64,000 nucleotides of DNA from Bacteroidaceae bacterium (lineage in GTDB: Bacteria; Bacteroidota; Bacteroidia; Bacteroidales; Bacteroidaceae), in the NCBI GenBank assembly GCA_017381015.1, contig JAFOCV010000045.1, forward strand, positions 5,628-69,627, in the 5' to 3' direction. A model generated the notes under the pieces. It made no database searches. It had not been told where the DNA came from and was given only the letters and a program-made list of their open reading frames with translations. A program made the translations under genes and the position numbers. This document shows, piece after piece, positions 9,503 through 19,001 of the stretch (position 1 is its first letter; each line of letters starts with the position of its first letter).

Positions 9503-10285
9503 ATGAAGCAAATCTTAAGTGCAATGAAGCGCCCCATGGTGGCAATCCTGGTATTGCTTTTGATGCAATGCGTGGTGGGCGTAGCCTTGTTGTTTATGGG
9601 TAGCAACAGGCAAATGATGCCCGATGTGAAGCAATTGAGTCTTGGTACTATTGTGGCTGACGTAGTAGCATTGCTCGCATGCCTGTGGTTGTTCAGAGAA
9701 AGTATTTACCAAACTCCACCTATCAGGAAAGCATCCTTCCCGTGGTGGCACAATGTGGTGGCCTTGTTTGCATGCATGTTGGGAACATTGGCGCTGGACC
9801 TGCTGAGCGAATTGTTAGACTTGCCTAACACATTATTTGAACAAACGATAGAGATGTGTACCTATCCTCTTGGTATCGTGGCAATAGCCCTGGTGGCTCC
9901 CATAGCCGAAGAGGTGATATTCAGATGGGGTATTATGAGACATCTGCTCAGAAGCGAACAATCCACGGGCATGGCCATATTGCTCAGCGCACTGGCCTTT
10001 GGTCTCATTCACATGAACCCCGTTCAAATCTTCTTTGCCACGGCAATGGGCGTATTGCTGGGTCTTTTGTATTGGAAGAGCGGAAGTCTTCTGATACCTT
10101 GCATATTGCACATAGTAAACAATTCGGTGGCTTGCTTACAGGCATATATAATGGGCGACGAAATTAGAACCTTCAACCTGGTAGAGTACGTTGGTGGAGC
10201 CGCCGTAGCATGGACGCTAATCACGATACTCTCGCTGATATGCATCAGTACCATGTATTGGTATGCAAGCAGAAAAGACGTTTAA
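9503..10285 (+). CDS. CPBP-family intramembrane glutamic endopeptidase (CAAX protease-like)
   Basis: 260 aa, polytopic. The three CPBP motifs are present: EEVIFRWG, FGLIHMN and HIVNN. Confidence 0.85.
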   Translation: MKQILSAMKRPMVAILVLLLMQCVVGVALLFMGSNRQMMPDVKQLSLGTIVADVVALLACLWLFRESIYQTPPIRKASFPWWHNVVALFACMLGTLALDLLSELLDLPNTLFEQTIEMCTYPLGIVAIALVAPIAEEVIFRWGIMRHLLRSEQSTGMAILLSALAFGLIHMNPVQIFFATAMGVLLGLLYWKSGSLLIPCILHIVNNSVACLQAYIMGDEIRTFNLVEYVGGAAVAWTLITILSLICISTMYWYASRKDV

Positions 10286-10319
10286 AATCAATGGCAAACA
10301 ACAATAAATCTAATAGGAT

Positions 10320-10787
10320 ATGGAAATAAGCAAAATGACATCGTGTTCGGATGAAGATTTCAAGCAGATAGAGGCACTGGTGGGTGTACTTTCCTCTTCG
10401 TGCAAGGCAGACAGAGCTGTGCTCGAGGAAGTGATAGCTCAGGAGAACACACACCTGTTTGTGGCACGCGACAAGGAAAAAGGCATCGTGGGCATGGCCA
10501 CCATCTGTTGCTTTACCATACCTACGGGCAGACATGCTACGGTGGAGGACGTGGTGGTGCTACCTCAGTGCCAAGGTCTGGGATTGGGCCGCAGACTTGT
10601 GGAAGCTGCACTGAGTTATCTTCGCAAGAATGGCAAGGGCTATAAGGTGGGACTTACTTCCAAGCCTTCGCGCGTGGCGGCAAATGCTTTGTATAAAAGC
10701 ATGGGATTCAAGCAAAAAGAAACCAACGTGTACAACATGGAAATATACGATTGTGGGGACATACTCAGCACCCTGCATCTGAAGTAA
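10320..10787 (+). CDS. GNAT-family N-acetyltransferase
   Basis: 155 aa. The acetyl-CoA binding motif A is QCQGLGLGRRLVEAAL (Q/RxxGxG/A), and the C-terminus reads NALYKSMGF. Confidence 0.85.
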   Translation: MEISKMTSCSDEDFKQIEALVGVLSSSCKADRAVLEEVIAQENTHLFVARDKEKGIVGMATICCFTIPTGRHATVEDVVVLPQCQGLGLGRRLVEAALSYLRKNGKGYKVGLTSKPSRVAANALYKSMGFKQKETNVYNMEIYDCGDILSTLHLK

Positions 10788-10806
10788 TAAGATAATAGTT
10801 TTCGGG

Positions 10807-12741
10807 ATGAAATCATTTGAAGAATTAGGATTAAACGAGAGTATATTGCAAGCCATTGGCGAGCAAGGTTATGAGTACCCTATGCCCATCCAAGAGGCCG
10901 TAATACCCGTGCTTCTGGGACTTGGCGATGAAACGGGATGGCAAGGCGACCTGGTGGCATTGGCACAAACAGGTACAGGCAAGACGGCCGCCTATGGTCT
11001 TCCCATAGTACAACTGACCGAGGGAGCTCCTCTTATGCCCACCTCGCTCATCTTGGCTCCCACGCGTGAACTATGCCTACAGATAGCCGACGACCTGGAA
11101 GGCTTCTCCAAGCACTCCGAGGGAGTACACATCCTACCCGTATATGGCGGTACTAGCATAGAAGCTCAGATACGTGCCCTGAAGCGTGGCGTGAACGTAT
11201 TGGTGGCCACACCAGGAAGATTGATTGACCTGATGAAGCGTGGTGCGGCTAAACTTTCCACAATAAGAAATGTGGTGCTGGACGAAGCCGACGAGATGCT
11301 TACCATGGGATTCCAGGAAGACCTGAACGAAATCCTATCTGGCATACCTGAAGACCATCGCACACTACTCTTCTCTGCCACAATGAGCAAAGAGATAGAA
11401 AACATTGCTCGCAAATACCTGAAGAATAGCAAGGAGATACAAGTTGGTTCACGCAACGAGGGTGCCGAGCATGTCAATCACATATATTATATGGTGAGGG
11501 CGCAGGACAAGTATCTGGCCCTGAAGCGAGTGGTGGACTATTACCCACGCATCTATGGCATCATCTTCTGTCGCACACGTATGGAGACCCAGGAGATAGC
11601 CGACAAACTGATACAGGATGGATACAGCGCTGATGCCTTGCATGGAGAACTTTCCCAGCAACAACGCGACCTGACCATGCAAAAGTTCCGCCAGCACCGC
11701 ACTCAATTGTTGGTGGCAACGGACGTAGCTGCTCGCGGTCTTGATGTGAACGACCTCACCCACGTAATCAACTATGGTTTGCCTGATGATACCGAAAACT
11801 ATACTCATCGAAGCGGACGTACCGGTCGTGCCGGCAAGAAGGGTACCAGCATCAGCATAGTACACGTCAGGGAAAAGAGTCGCATTCGCCTCATCGAGAA
11901 GGCTATTCAGAAACAATTCGAGCGTGGCACTCTGCCCTCTGGCAAGGACATTTGTCAGAAACAATTGTATCGCGTCATCGACGACATAGAGCGCGTGGAC
12001 GTGATGGAGGAAGAGATAGCCGACGTGATGCCCGAGGTAATACGCCGCTGGGAATGGCTCGACAAGGAAGAACTCATCAAGCGTGTGGTGAGCCGAGAAT
12101 TTGGTCGCTTCCTGGCATACTATGCCGATGCACCCGAGATAGAGGAGGTGCAGGAGTCTGCATCAAAGAGTCGCTCCGAACGTGGCAAGCAAGGTTCTAA
12201 GGGTGCTCGCAAGGCCGAGGAAGGATATACTCGCCTCTTCATCAATGTGGGCAAGATTGATGGCTTCTATGCCAAGGAAATCATTGGCCTCATCAACAGG
12301 AGCGTAAAGGGTCAGCAGGTGGAGATTGGACGTATAGACCTGATGAAGAATTTTGCCTTCGTAGAGGTTGCATCCGAGCAAGCCAATGACGTAATCAAAT
12401 CGATGAAGCATGGTGTCACCGTAAAGGGACGTAGCGTGGTGTGCGACGTGGCTGACAAGAGTCAGGACGACAAGGAGTCAAGACATAGCAAGAACAGGGG
12501 CGAGAAGAAAGACAATTCTCGTGGCGGACATGCCTTCAACGACAAGAAAGGATGTGGAAGCAAAGAGAAATCCTCAAAGGGCAAATACCAGAAGGAGGAG
12601 AATTCTCCCACCTCGCACCGCAAGCAATATAGCAAGGAGGATTGGATGAAGTTCCTCAATCCAGAAAAGGCATCCTCAAAGAAGCACACTCCCGAGATGG
12701 AAGAGGGATGGGCAAGACGCAAACCAAAGAAAAAGAAATAA
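10807..12741 (+). CDS. DEAD-box ATP-dependent RNA helicase with DbpA-like RNA-binding domain and long basic tail
   Basis: 644 aa. It has a Q-motif region, motif I AQTGTGKT, DEAD (VLDEADEM), SAT, and motif VI HRSGRTGRAG. The last ~100 aa are a Lys/Ser/Glu-rich low-complexity tail. Confidence 0.9.
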   Translation: MKSFEELGLNESILQAIGEQGYEYPMPIQEAVIPVLLGLGDETGWQGDLVALAQTGTGKTAAYGLPIVQLTEGAPLMPTSLILAPTRELCLQIADDLEGFSKHSEGVHILPVYGGTSIEAQIRALKRGVNVLVATPGRLIDLMKRGAAKLSTIRNVVLDEADEMLTMGFQEDLNEILSGIPEDHRTLLFSATMSKEIENIARKYLKNSKEIQVGSRNEGAEHVNHIYYMVRAQDKYLALKRVVDYYPRIYGIIFCRTRMETQEIADKLIQDGYSADALHGELSQQQRDLTMQKFRQHRTQLLVATDVAARGLDVNDLTHVINYGLPDDTENYTHRSGRTGRAGKKGTSISIVHVREKSRIRLIEKAIQKQFERGTLPSGKDICQKQLYRVIDDIERVDVMEEEIADVMPEVIRRWEWLDKEELIKRVVSREFGRFLAYYADAPEIEEVQESASKSRSERGKQGSKGARKAEEGYTRLFINVGKIDGFYAKEIIGLINRSVKGQQVEIGRIDLMKNFAFVEVASEQANDVIKSMKHGVTVKGRSVVCDVADKSQDDKESRHSKNRGEKKDNSRGGHAFNDKKGCGSKEKSSKGKYQKEENSPTSHRKQYSKEDWMKFLNPEKASSKKHTPEMEEGWARRKPKKKK

Positions 12742-12856
12742 GGTCCCATCCCGAAAAAGTATGATTTAGCAAGGCTTTTACCCTAAAAACGAGACTTATT
12801 GACACAATTCTATAAATAAAAGTTATCAAAACGTTATCACTTTATCGAAAATGTAA

Positions 12857-12864
12857 TATATTTG
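12857..12864 (+). promoter_or_regulatory. -7 promoter box TATATTTG
   Basis: Matches TAnnTTTG 40 nt upstream of the ATG at 12904. Confidence 0.5.
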
Positions 12865-12903
12865 CACTAACTTTTATAATTACTAATCATAAATACAAAA
12901 ATC

Positions 12904-13443
12904 ATGAAAAAGTCATTAAAGTTTTCAGCAATGGTACTAGCTTGCGCTATTTTGTGCTCTTCTTGCATTGGTTCATTCCAATTGACCAACAAGTTGAAGG
13001 ACTACAACGATGGTATTGGTAGCAAGTTCGTAAACGAGTTGGTATTCCTTGCATTCTGCATTGTTCCCGTGTACGAAGTTACCCTGTTGGTGGACGCAGT
13101 GGTACTGAACTCTATAGAATTCTGGTCAGGCGAAAAGGCTTATGCTCAAGCAGGCGAGAAGAAGGTGGTAAAGAATGCCAAGGGTCAGGCCGTAGAGATT
13201 ACAACTTTGGAGAATGGTTATTGCTTGTCTGATGGCAATTCTTCAATGAACCTTATCTATGACGAGGCAGAGCAGATTTGGAGCGCTCAGTACGAGGACC
13301 AGGTAACCAACCTCATCAAGCTCGTTGACGAGAACAAGGCTCAGCTCTTCCTTAAGAACGGTGATATTATGGACATCACCCTTGACAAGGAAGGTATGGA
13401 CATGGCTCGCAACTATATGGGCAATTTCTTTGCAATGAAGTAA
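12904..13443 (+). CDS. lipoprotein, DUF3332-like
   Basis: 179 aa. It has a signal peptide with a lipobox (ILCSSC), followed by a hydrophobic hairpin VNELVFLAFCIVPVYEVTLLVDAVVLNSIEFW, as I remember for DUF3332. This needs an HMM check. Confidence 0.65.
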   Translation: MKKSLKFSAMVLACAILCSSCIGSFQLTNKLKDYNDGIGSKFVNELVFLAFCIVPVYEVTLLVDAVVLNSIEFWSGEKAYAQAGEKKVVKNAKGQAVEITTLENGYCLSDGNSSMNLIYDEAEQIWSAQYEDQVTNLIKLVDENKAQLFLKNGDIMDITLDKEGMDMARNYMGNFFAMK

Positions 13444-13495
13444 ACCTTATACTTGATAACTTCATTTTATCATAATCATTATTCATAATCATTAT

Positions 13496-13540
13496 TCTCC
13501 TCCCCGAAGAAGGTATCTTCCAAACGGGAGGAGATTTTCT
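13496..13540 (+). terminator. rho-independent terminator
   Basis: TCTCCTCCC (13496-13504) pairs with GGGAGGAGA (13526-13534) and is followed by TTTTCTTTTT. Confidence 0.7.
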
Positions 13541-13643
13541 TTTTCTGGAAAGTGAGATTTTAGGGTATGATTTGCTTGAGCAACACCTTCCAAGTGACTT
13601 TCTTTGGTCAAAAATCCATTTCCCACGTCTCCATCATGCTCTC

Positions 13644-15095
13644 CTAACCTATCAGCGTGAACGAGATGGTCAATCCTCCGCCTGGAGTATTCTCTGCCTT
13701 AATACTACCGCCATAGGTGAGAACCAAATTCTTTACTATGGACAAGCCTAAGCCCGTACCACCCATCTGGCGGCTACGTCCCTTGTCCACACGATAGAAG
13801 CGTTCAAAGATGTGCAACAGGTGCTTGGGGTCCACACCACATCCGTCATCCACCACCGAAAATTCATACTTGCATCCCTTGGTCTCTCCCGTTGGAGTTT
13901 CTCCGCCCATTAGCTTTCTTCCATAAAACTTGATACTGGTGGCACCATCGGCATAAGACATGGCATTATCAAACAGATTTTGGAAGATGCTCTGCAGGGC
14001 CGACTTATCGCATCTGAGTTCTACATCCTCGTCCACATTCATCTCCACCACTATTCCCTTTGCCTCCAGGTTATGGGCAGCATCCTCTATCATCGTGTGC
14101 AACATTTCTGGCACAGAAACGGGGGGCAAGGTGGACAGATTGTCTTCTATATTGGAATAAGGCAAATCATCCATCCTGGTGAGAGTGGACATGTCTTGCA
14201 ATAGTTTGCACATACGCTGACTCTGGGCATAGCACCTCTCCATAAAATGGGCACGTGTGGCTTCGGGCATATCGGGATTGCTGATGATGCTCTCCAAATA
14301 ACCATTGATACTGGCGGCCGGTGTCTTTAGCTCGTGAGCAGCATTCTGTGTCAATTGTCGCTTCAGCCTCTCCTTGTCGCTCTCGCTATGCCTTAATTTC
14401 CAAAACAGAGTAATGATGGTATGAGAGATATCTCCCAATTCATCATCGGGCAATTTGCGTTCCAACTCGTGATCCAGTTCCTCTCCACTCTTGGCCTTCA
14501 CGGCAAACTCCCTCAAATAACGGATGTGTCGCGAAATGCGTGTAGTGCTTTTATAGAGCACTACAATGAGCAAGATGGTAAGCATGAGAGAATACCAGAG
14601 AAAGCTGTATTTGGGTTGGAGAGACTCTACCAACATTGCATCATATGGCACGGCACTACGAACGATGTAATTGCCTGCCTGAGTGGCAGAATAAAAGTAT
14701 GTCTCGTCCGTAGATTCCGACCGGCGCTTTATCACATAGCCATCACCCTTGAGCAGGGCTTCTTTTACCTCCTGTCTGTCGGCATGGTTGGGCAATGCTT
14801 TCACATTAGCATAACTGTTGTCCTGCACCACCCTACCCTGCAATGTCATGATAGTCACTCGAAGACCTTCCAGGTCGTTCTGATTGACATAATTGGCAAA
14901 AGCCGTGGATGAAGAAAGACTATCCCCAAGGGTGCGCATCAACTTCAAATTATACATCTGCAATCGTGCATGGAGCAAGTCCGTCTTAAACTCGCGCTCA
15001 CGCCCGTATTGATAAGCCGTGATTAGCAATACGAACAACAGGAATATACCTGCTATGCGTATGAACAATTTGGTTTGAAAACTCCTAAAGTGCAT
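13644..15095 (-). CDS. sensor histidine kinase
   Basis: 483 aa with two TM segments flanking a periplasmic domain. It has the H-box AAHELKTPAAS and ATP-lid boxes DDGCGV and GGTGLGLSIV. Confidence 0.9.
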   Translation of the reverse strand: MHFRSFQTKLFIRIAGIFLLFVLLITAYQYGREREFKTDLLHARLQMYNLKLMRTLGDSLSSSTAFANYVNQNDLEGLRVTIMTLQGRVVQDNSYANVKALPNHADRQEVKEALLKGDGYVIKRRSESTDETYFYSATQAGNYIVRSAVPYDAMLVESLQPKYSFLWYSLMLTILLIVVLYKSTTRISRHIRYLREFAVKAKSGEELDHELERKLPDDELGDISHTIITLFWKLRHSESDKERLKRQLTQNAAHELKTPAASINGYLESIISNPDMPEATRAHFMERCYAQSQRMCKLLQDMSTLTRMDDLPYSNIEDNLSTLPPVSVPEMLHTMIEDAAHNLEAKGIVVEMNVDEDVELRCDKSALQSIFQNLFDNAMSYADGATSIKFYGRKLMGGETPTGETKGCKYEFSVVDDGCGVDPKHLLHIFERFYRVDKGRSRQMGGTGLGLSIVKNLVLTYGGSIKAENTPGGGLTISFTLIG

Positions 15096-15113
15096 TGCCT
15101 TACCTGTTTTTTT

Positions 15114-15815
15114 CTATTCAAAGACATATCCATAGCCGATACGTGTCTTGATATGCTGACCATAGCCTCCAATCTTCTTTCTGAGACGATTGATGCTCAC
15201 GTCCACAGTTCTGCCAAGTACGTACACCTCCTCTGGCCAGCATCTGGTCAAGAGTTCTTCGCGAGAGAACAATCTGCCTGGGGTTTCCAAAAAGAGCATC
15301 AGCAGGGAGAATTCCAACTTGGTCAGGGGCAACACCTCGTCATCCATCGTCACCACCTTGCTGGCCGTATTGAGGCTCAGAGTTTCAAAGACCAACAATC
15401 GAGGAGCATCGTCTGCCTTCTCCTCCTCCTTCATCATCTGTTGCTTCTGTTTGACCGTGCGTCGCAATACGGCCTTCACCCTTGCCTTTACCTCCTGCAT
15501 GCCCAGAGGCTTGGTAATATAATCGTCGGCACCGATATTCAGACCTCTCACCTTCTCGTTCTCGCTATCCAATGCGGTGATAAAGATAATGGGAGTATCT
15601 GCCACCTCGGGCATAGCCTTCAATCGCATGGCCATCTGAAAACCCGACATGCCATCCATCATCACATCAAGCAGAAACAAGTCGTAGCTGCTCAAATCCT
15701 TGTCCAAGGCCTCCTCTGCCGACGATGCCGTATCCACCTCATATCCCTCTATCTCGAGATTGTATTTCAAGATTTCTTGCAAATCCTGTTCGTCGTCTAC
15801 AACTAGCAGTTTCAT
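15114..15815 (-). CDS. OmpR/PhoB-type response regulator
   Basis: 233 aa. The receiver domain has LLVVDDEQD and the phospho-acceptor Asp in FLLDVMMDGMSG. A winged-helix C-terminus follows (RTVDVSINRLRKKI...GYGYVF). It lies 18 nt upstream of the kinase gene. Confidence 0.9.
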   Translation of the reverse strand: MKLLVVDDEQDLQEILKYNLEIEGYEVDTASSAEEALDKDLSSYDLFLLDVMMDGMSGFQMAMRLKAMPEVADTPIIFITALDSENEKVRGLNIGADDYITKPLGMQEVKARVKAVLRRTVKQKQQMMKEEEKADDAPRLLVFETLSLNTASKVVTMDDEVLPLTKLEFSLLMLFLETPGRLFSREELLTRCWPEEVYVLGRTVDVSINRLRKKIGGYGQHIKTRIGYGYVFE

Positions 15816-15844
15816 TTCTTTTTGATTTCTGATTTTTGTGTGTA

Positions 15845-15852
15845 CAAAGTTA
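15845..15852 (-). promoter_or_regulatory. -7 promoter box (TAACTTTG on minus strand) for the two-component operon
   Basis: The plus strand reads CAAAGTTA, 30 nt upstream of the ATG at 15815. Confidence 0.55.
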
Positions 15853-15958
15853 TAAATATTTCGCTTATTAGTGCATTCCCCGACAGATATCCCGTATTTT
15901 GTTAGCCATTAAGTTAAAGATTTCGTACCTCTTTGTTATCTTTCTTAATAATATTTCC

Positions 15959-15966
15959 TATCTTTG
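15959..15966 (+). promoter_or_regulatory. -7 promoter box TATCTTTG for the Na/Pi transporter gene
   Basis: Matches TAnnTTTG 24 nt upstream of the ATG at 15990. It is divergent from the two-component operon. Confidence 0.6.
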
Positions 15967-15989
15967 CGGTAACATAATTCATAAAACGT

Positions 15990-17678
15990 ATGGAAACTTT
16001 TATTAATCTATTGAGTTTAGTTGGCTCGCTAGCCCTCTTCCTCTATGGTATGAAAATCATGAGTGAAGGTCTTGAAAAGTTTGCTGGTGACCGACTGAGA
16101 AACATTCTTGCTTCCATGACTCGCAATCGCTTCATGGGTGTATGTACAGGTATTTTGGTTACAGCACTCATTCAAAGTTCGAGCGCCACCACCGTCATGG
16201 TTGTTAGTTTTGTAAATGCCGGTTTGATGTCGCTGGTTCAGAGTATCGGTGTCATCATGGGTGCCAACATCGGTACCACCGTAACGGCATGGATTATCTC
16301 GGCCATTGGCTTCAAGGTTAACATTGCCGCCTTTGCCCTCCCTCTCTTGGGTATCGGTCTGCCGATGGTATTCAGTGGCAAGAGCAAGCGCAAGAGCATC
16401 GGCGAATTTGTGTTTGGCTTCTCCTTCCTGTTCATGGGTTTGAGTTACTTGCAGAAGAGTGCCGAGGCATTGGAACTAGGCAACATCGTGGCCAATATGC
16501 TAGCCGGATGGGCTGGTAATGGCGGTTTCTTCACCATATTATTGTTTGTATTTGTGGGTGCCGTTGTCACCATGATAGTACAGGCCTCTGCCGCTACAAT
16601 GGCAGTAACACTGATGCTATTTGATATGCAAATCCCCGGATTCGGTTTCGAATTGGCTGCAGCCCTGGCTATGGGTCAGAATATTGGTACCACCATCACA
16701 GCATTCATTGCTTCAATGACAGCCAATACACAGGCACGCCGAGCTGCATTTGCTCACATGTTCTTCAACATATTTGGTGTTGTCTTCATCCTATTGATAT
16801 TCCACCCCTTCTGCGATGCCGTTACATGGTTTGTCACCAATGTTATGGGAGCAGGAAACAACGACCTCTTCAAGCTGTCTGCATTCCACTCTGCCTTCAA
16901 CATCTGCAACACCCTCTTGCTGATTGGTTTCGTTAAGCAGATTGAGAAGTTCGTTTGCTGGCTACTTCCCCAGAAGGAGAGCGACGAGGAATACCGTCTT
17001 CAGTACATCTCTGCAGGTATCCTTTCTACCGCCGAGTTGAGCATCCTTGAGGCTCAGAAGGAAATCCATAGCTATGCCGAGCGTTGCAACCGCATGGCTG
17101 CTTTCGTGGACGAATTGATGAATACGGAGAAGGACGAGGATTTTAATAAACTGTACTCTCGTATCGAGAAATACGAGAATATCACCGACAACATGGAGGT
17201 TGAGATAGCCAACTATCTGCACAAGGTGAGCGATGGTCGATTGAGTATCGAATCCAAGATGGAAATCATGCGCATGCTTCGCCAGATTACCGAATTGGAG
17301 AGCATTGGCGACTCTTGCTACAACCTGGCTCGTACTCTGAATCGTCATCGCGAGAATTCCAAGATTCCTTTCACCGAGCAGCAGTTGTCCAACATGCACA
17401 CTATGATGACAATGGTGCGCAAGGCTATGAGCTTTATGCAGGTAGCTGTGGAGGATGTACTCAATGGACGCCATGTTGATTACAATAGGTCTTACAACAT
17501 TGAGAACGAAATCAACAATTATCGTCGTCAGTTGAAGAATCGCAACCTACAAGATGTTGATGCTGGTGTATACAACTATCAGATTGGTGTATTCTACATC
17601 GACTTCATCTCCGAGTGCGAAAAGCTTGGTGACTATGTCCTGAATGTGGTACAGGCTACTACTCCTGAAAAGATTTAA
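15990..17678 (+). CDS. Na+/phosphate cotransporter family protein with C-terminal PhoU-like domain
   Basis: 562 aa. It has duplicated NptA-type membrane repeats (LIQSSSATTVMVV / VQASAATMAVTL) and a soluble helical PhoU-like C-terminal third. Confidence 0.9.
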   Translation: METFINLLSLVGSLALFLYGMKIMSEGLEKFAGDRLRNILASMTRNRFMGVCTGILVTALIQSSSATTVMVVSFVNAGLMSLVQSIGVIMGANIGTTVTAWIISAIGFKVNIAAFALPLLGIGLPMVFSGKSKRKSIGEFVFGFSFLFMGLSYLQKSAEALELGNIVANMLAGWAGNGGFFTILLFVFVGAVVTMIVQASAATMAVTLMLFDMQIPGFGFELAAALAMGQNIGTTITAFIASMTANTQARRAAFAHMFFNIFGVVFILLIFHPFCDAVTWFVTNVMGAGNNDLFKLSAFHSAFNICNTLLLIGFVKQIEKFVCWLLPQKESDEEYRLQYISAGILSTAELSILEAQKEIHSYAERCNRMAAFVDELMNTEKDEDFNKLYSRIEKYENITDNMEVEIANYLHKVSDGRLSIESKMEIMRMLRQITELESIGDSCYNLARTLNRHRENSKIPFTEQQLSNMHTMMTMVRKAMSFMQVAVEDVLNGRHVDYNRSYNIENEINNYRRQLKNRNLQDVDAGVYNYQIGVFYIDFISECEKLGDYVLNVVQATTPEKI

Positions 17679-17731
17679 GCAGTACCTCATCAGAAAAGAA
17701 CACTCCTAACTTAATTTTTTTCATAATGCTT

Positions 17732-17766
17732 CAAAGGCTTGGCTTCACCTAAGAAACCAAGCCTTT
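17732..17766. terminator. rho-independent terminator (between convergent genes)
   Basis: CAAAGGCTTGG (17732-17742) pairs with CCAAGCCTTTG (17756-17766) and is followed by TTTT. Confidence 0.7.
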
Positions 17767-17822
17767 GTTTTGTGCGCTCGTGCTCGTCACATTTGCGCCT
17801 TATGCTTTTTGTTTTGGCTCTA

Positions 17823-18446
17823 TTACCATCCCATCACTATGCATAGCACTGACGAGAAATGGGCTACAGCTCCCAGCAAAACGAAGATATGCCAAATGGC
17901 ATGATAGTTGGGGCGCTCATCGTGAGCAAAGAAATAGGTACCTGCCGTATAGAATAGTCCTTCGGCCAAAATACCTGCTATGGCAAGGATGGACATGCGC
18001 TGGCACACACTATCTGCAATAAACAGACCGCTCCATCCCATGAAGAGATACAAGCCCAGGGAAAGACGCGGATACTTACCTATGGCTATTAGTTTGTACA
18101 CCACTCCGGCTATCACAAAGGCCCATTGCAAGCCAAAAACCAACCAGCCTTGCCATCCGCCCACCACACCTACGGCAATAGGTGTGTACGAACAGGCTAT
18201 CATCACATAGATGCTGATATGGTCGCACTTGCGAAAGGCGTCCTTCACCTTGCCTGGGGGCAACATATGATACACCGTGCTGGACAGGAACATGAGAAAC
18301 ATGCCCACGACAAAGAAGATGACTCCAAAGGACATCTGCCATCCCTGAGCCGTTGCTGGCCAGATGAGCCAGATACAACTCAATGCAAACACGACTCCAG
18401 CCAGATGTGTCCAACTGTTGCCGTGTTCAAAGGGTACTTCTTTCAT
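17823..18446 (-). CDS. hemolysin III / PAQR-family membrane protein
   Basis: 207 aa with 7 predicted TM helices. Conserved His/Asp positions are present (HLAGVVF, SSTVYH, CDHISIY, HAIWHIFVL). Confidence 0.85.
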   Translation of the reverse strand: MKEVPFEHGNSWTHLAGVVFALSCIWLIWPATAQGWQMSFGVIFFVVGMFLMFLSSTVYHMLPPGKVKDAFRKCDHISIYVMIACSYTPIAVGVVGGWQGWLVFGLQWAFVIAGVVYKLIAIGKYPRLSLGLYLFMGWSGLFIADSVCQRMSILAIAGILAEGLFYTAGTYFFAHDERPNYHAIWHIFVLLGAVAHFSSVLCIVMGW

Positions 18447-18721
18447 TAGAATTCAAATTTCTCTATCTTAAGCGTACCGCATTTGCTGAGGATACCAGCA
18501 TACTCGGCAAACTCTGGAGTCTGCTCGTGCAAAGCCAGTGACTCCTCGTCTAACCATGTTTCGCAAAACATGAACACATCGGGGCGTGTAGCGCTCTCAA
18601 AGACGTCATAGGCCTTGCAACCCTGGTGTAGCTGACTCTTGGCGGTAAGTGCCATAGCTGCCTGAAGAGCCTCATCAAAGCATCCTTCTTTGGCTTGGAA
18701 AAAACAATTAACTCGTAACAT
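18446..18721 (-). CDS. ABM-domain (antibiotic biosynthesis monooxygenase-like) protein
   Basis: 91 aa of ferredoxin-like ABM pattern (MLRVNCFFQAKEG...CKAYDVFES...FMFCETWLDEESLALH). Its stop overlaps the hemolysin III ATG (TAATG). Confidence 0.7.
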   Translation of the reverse strand: MLRVNCFFQAKEGCFDEALQAAMALTAKSQLHQGCKAYDVFESATRPDVFMFCETWLDEESLALHEQTPEFAEYAGILSKCGTLKIEKFEF

Positions 18722-19001
18722 AGTTGTATTATTTATTGGTTATTACTCTTATTCTATATAATATCGTTTTCTGCCTTCTTTCTTTTCACACAAAATTTCT
18801 CTACTATAACAGCTCTTGAATTATTTTCTTTCACAAGGAATCCTCAGATTTCACAGAAAATACCATTGCATAATCTACTTTGTGTTACTGGAATCCACTT
18901 TCTTTTACTATTTATCCTAAGGAAATTCCATGAACCGAAGGTCGACACCCATAGGGGCAGAAGTCGATTCCGTGTGAGATAATTCACCTGCATGAAAAGT
19001 A

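Noticed and set aside
15075-15806. 243-aa ORF antisense to the response-regulator gene
   Set aside because: The response regulator on the minus strand has clear receiver and winged-helix motifs. The plus-strand product has none.
17765-18022. 85-aa plus-strand ORF overlapping the 3' end of the hemolysin III gene
   Set aside because: It begins inside the terminator hairpin and runs antisense to a 7-TM protein gene. No motifs were found.
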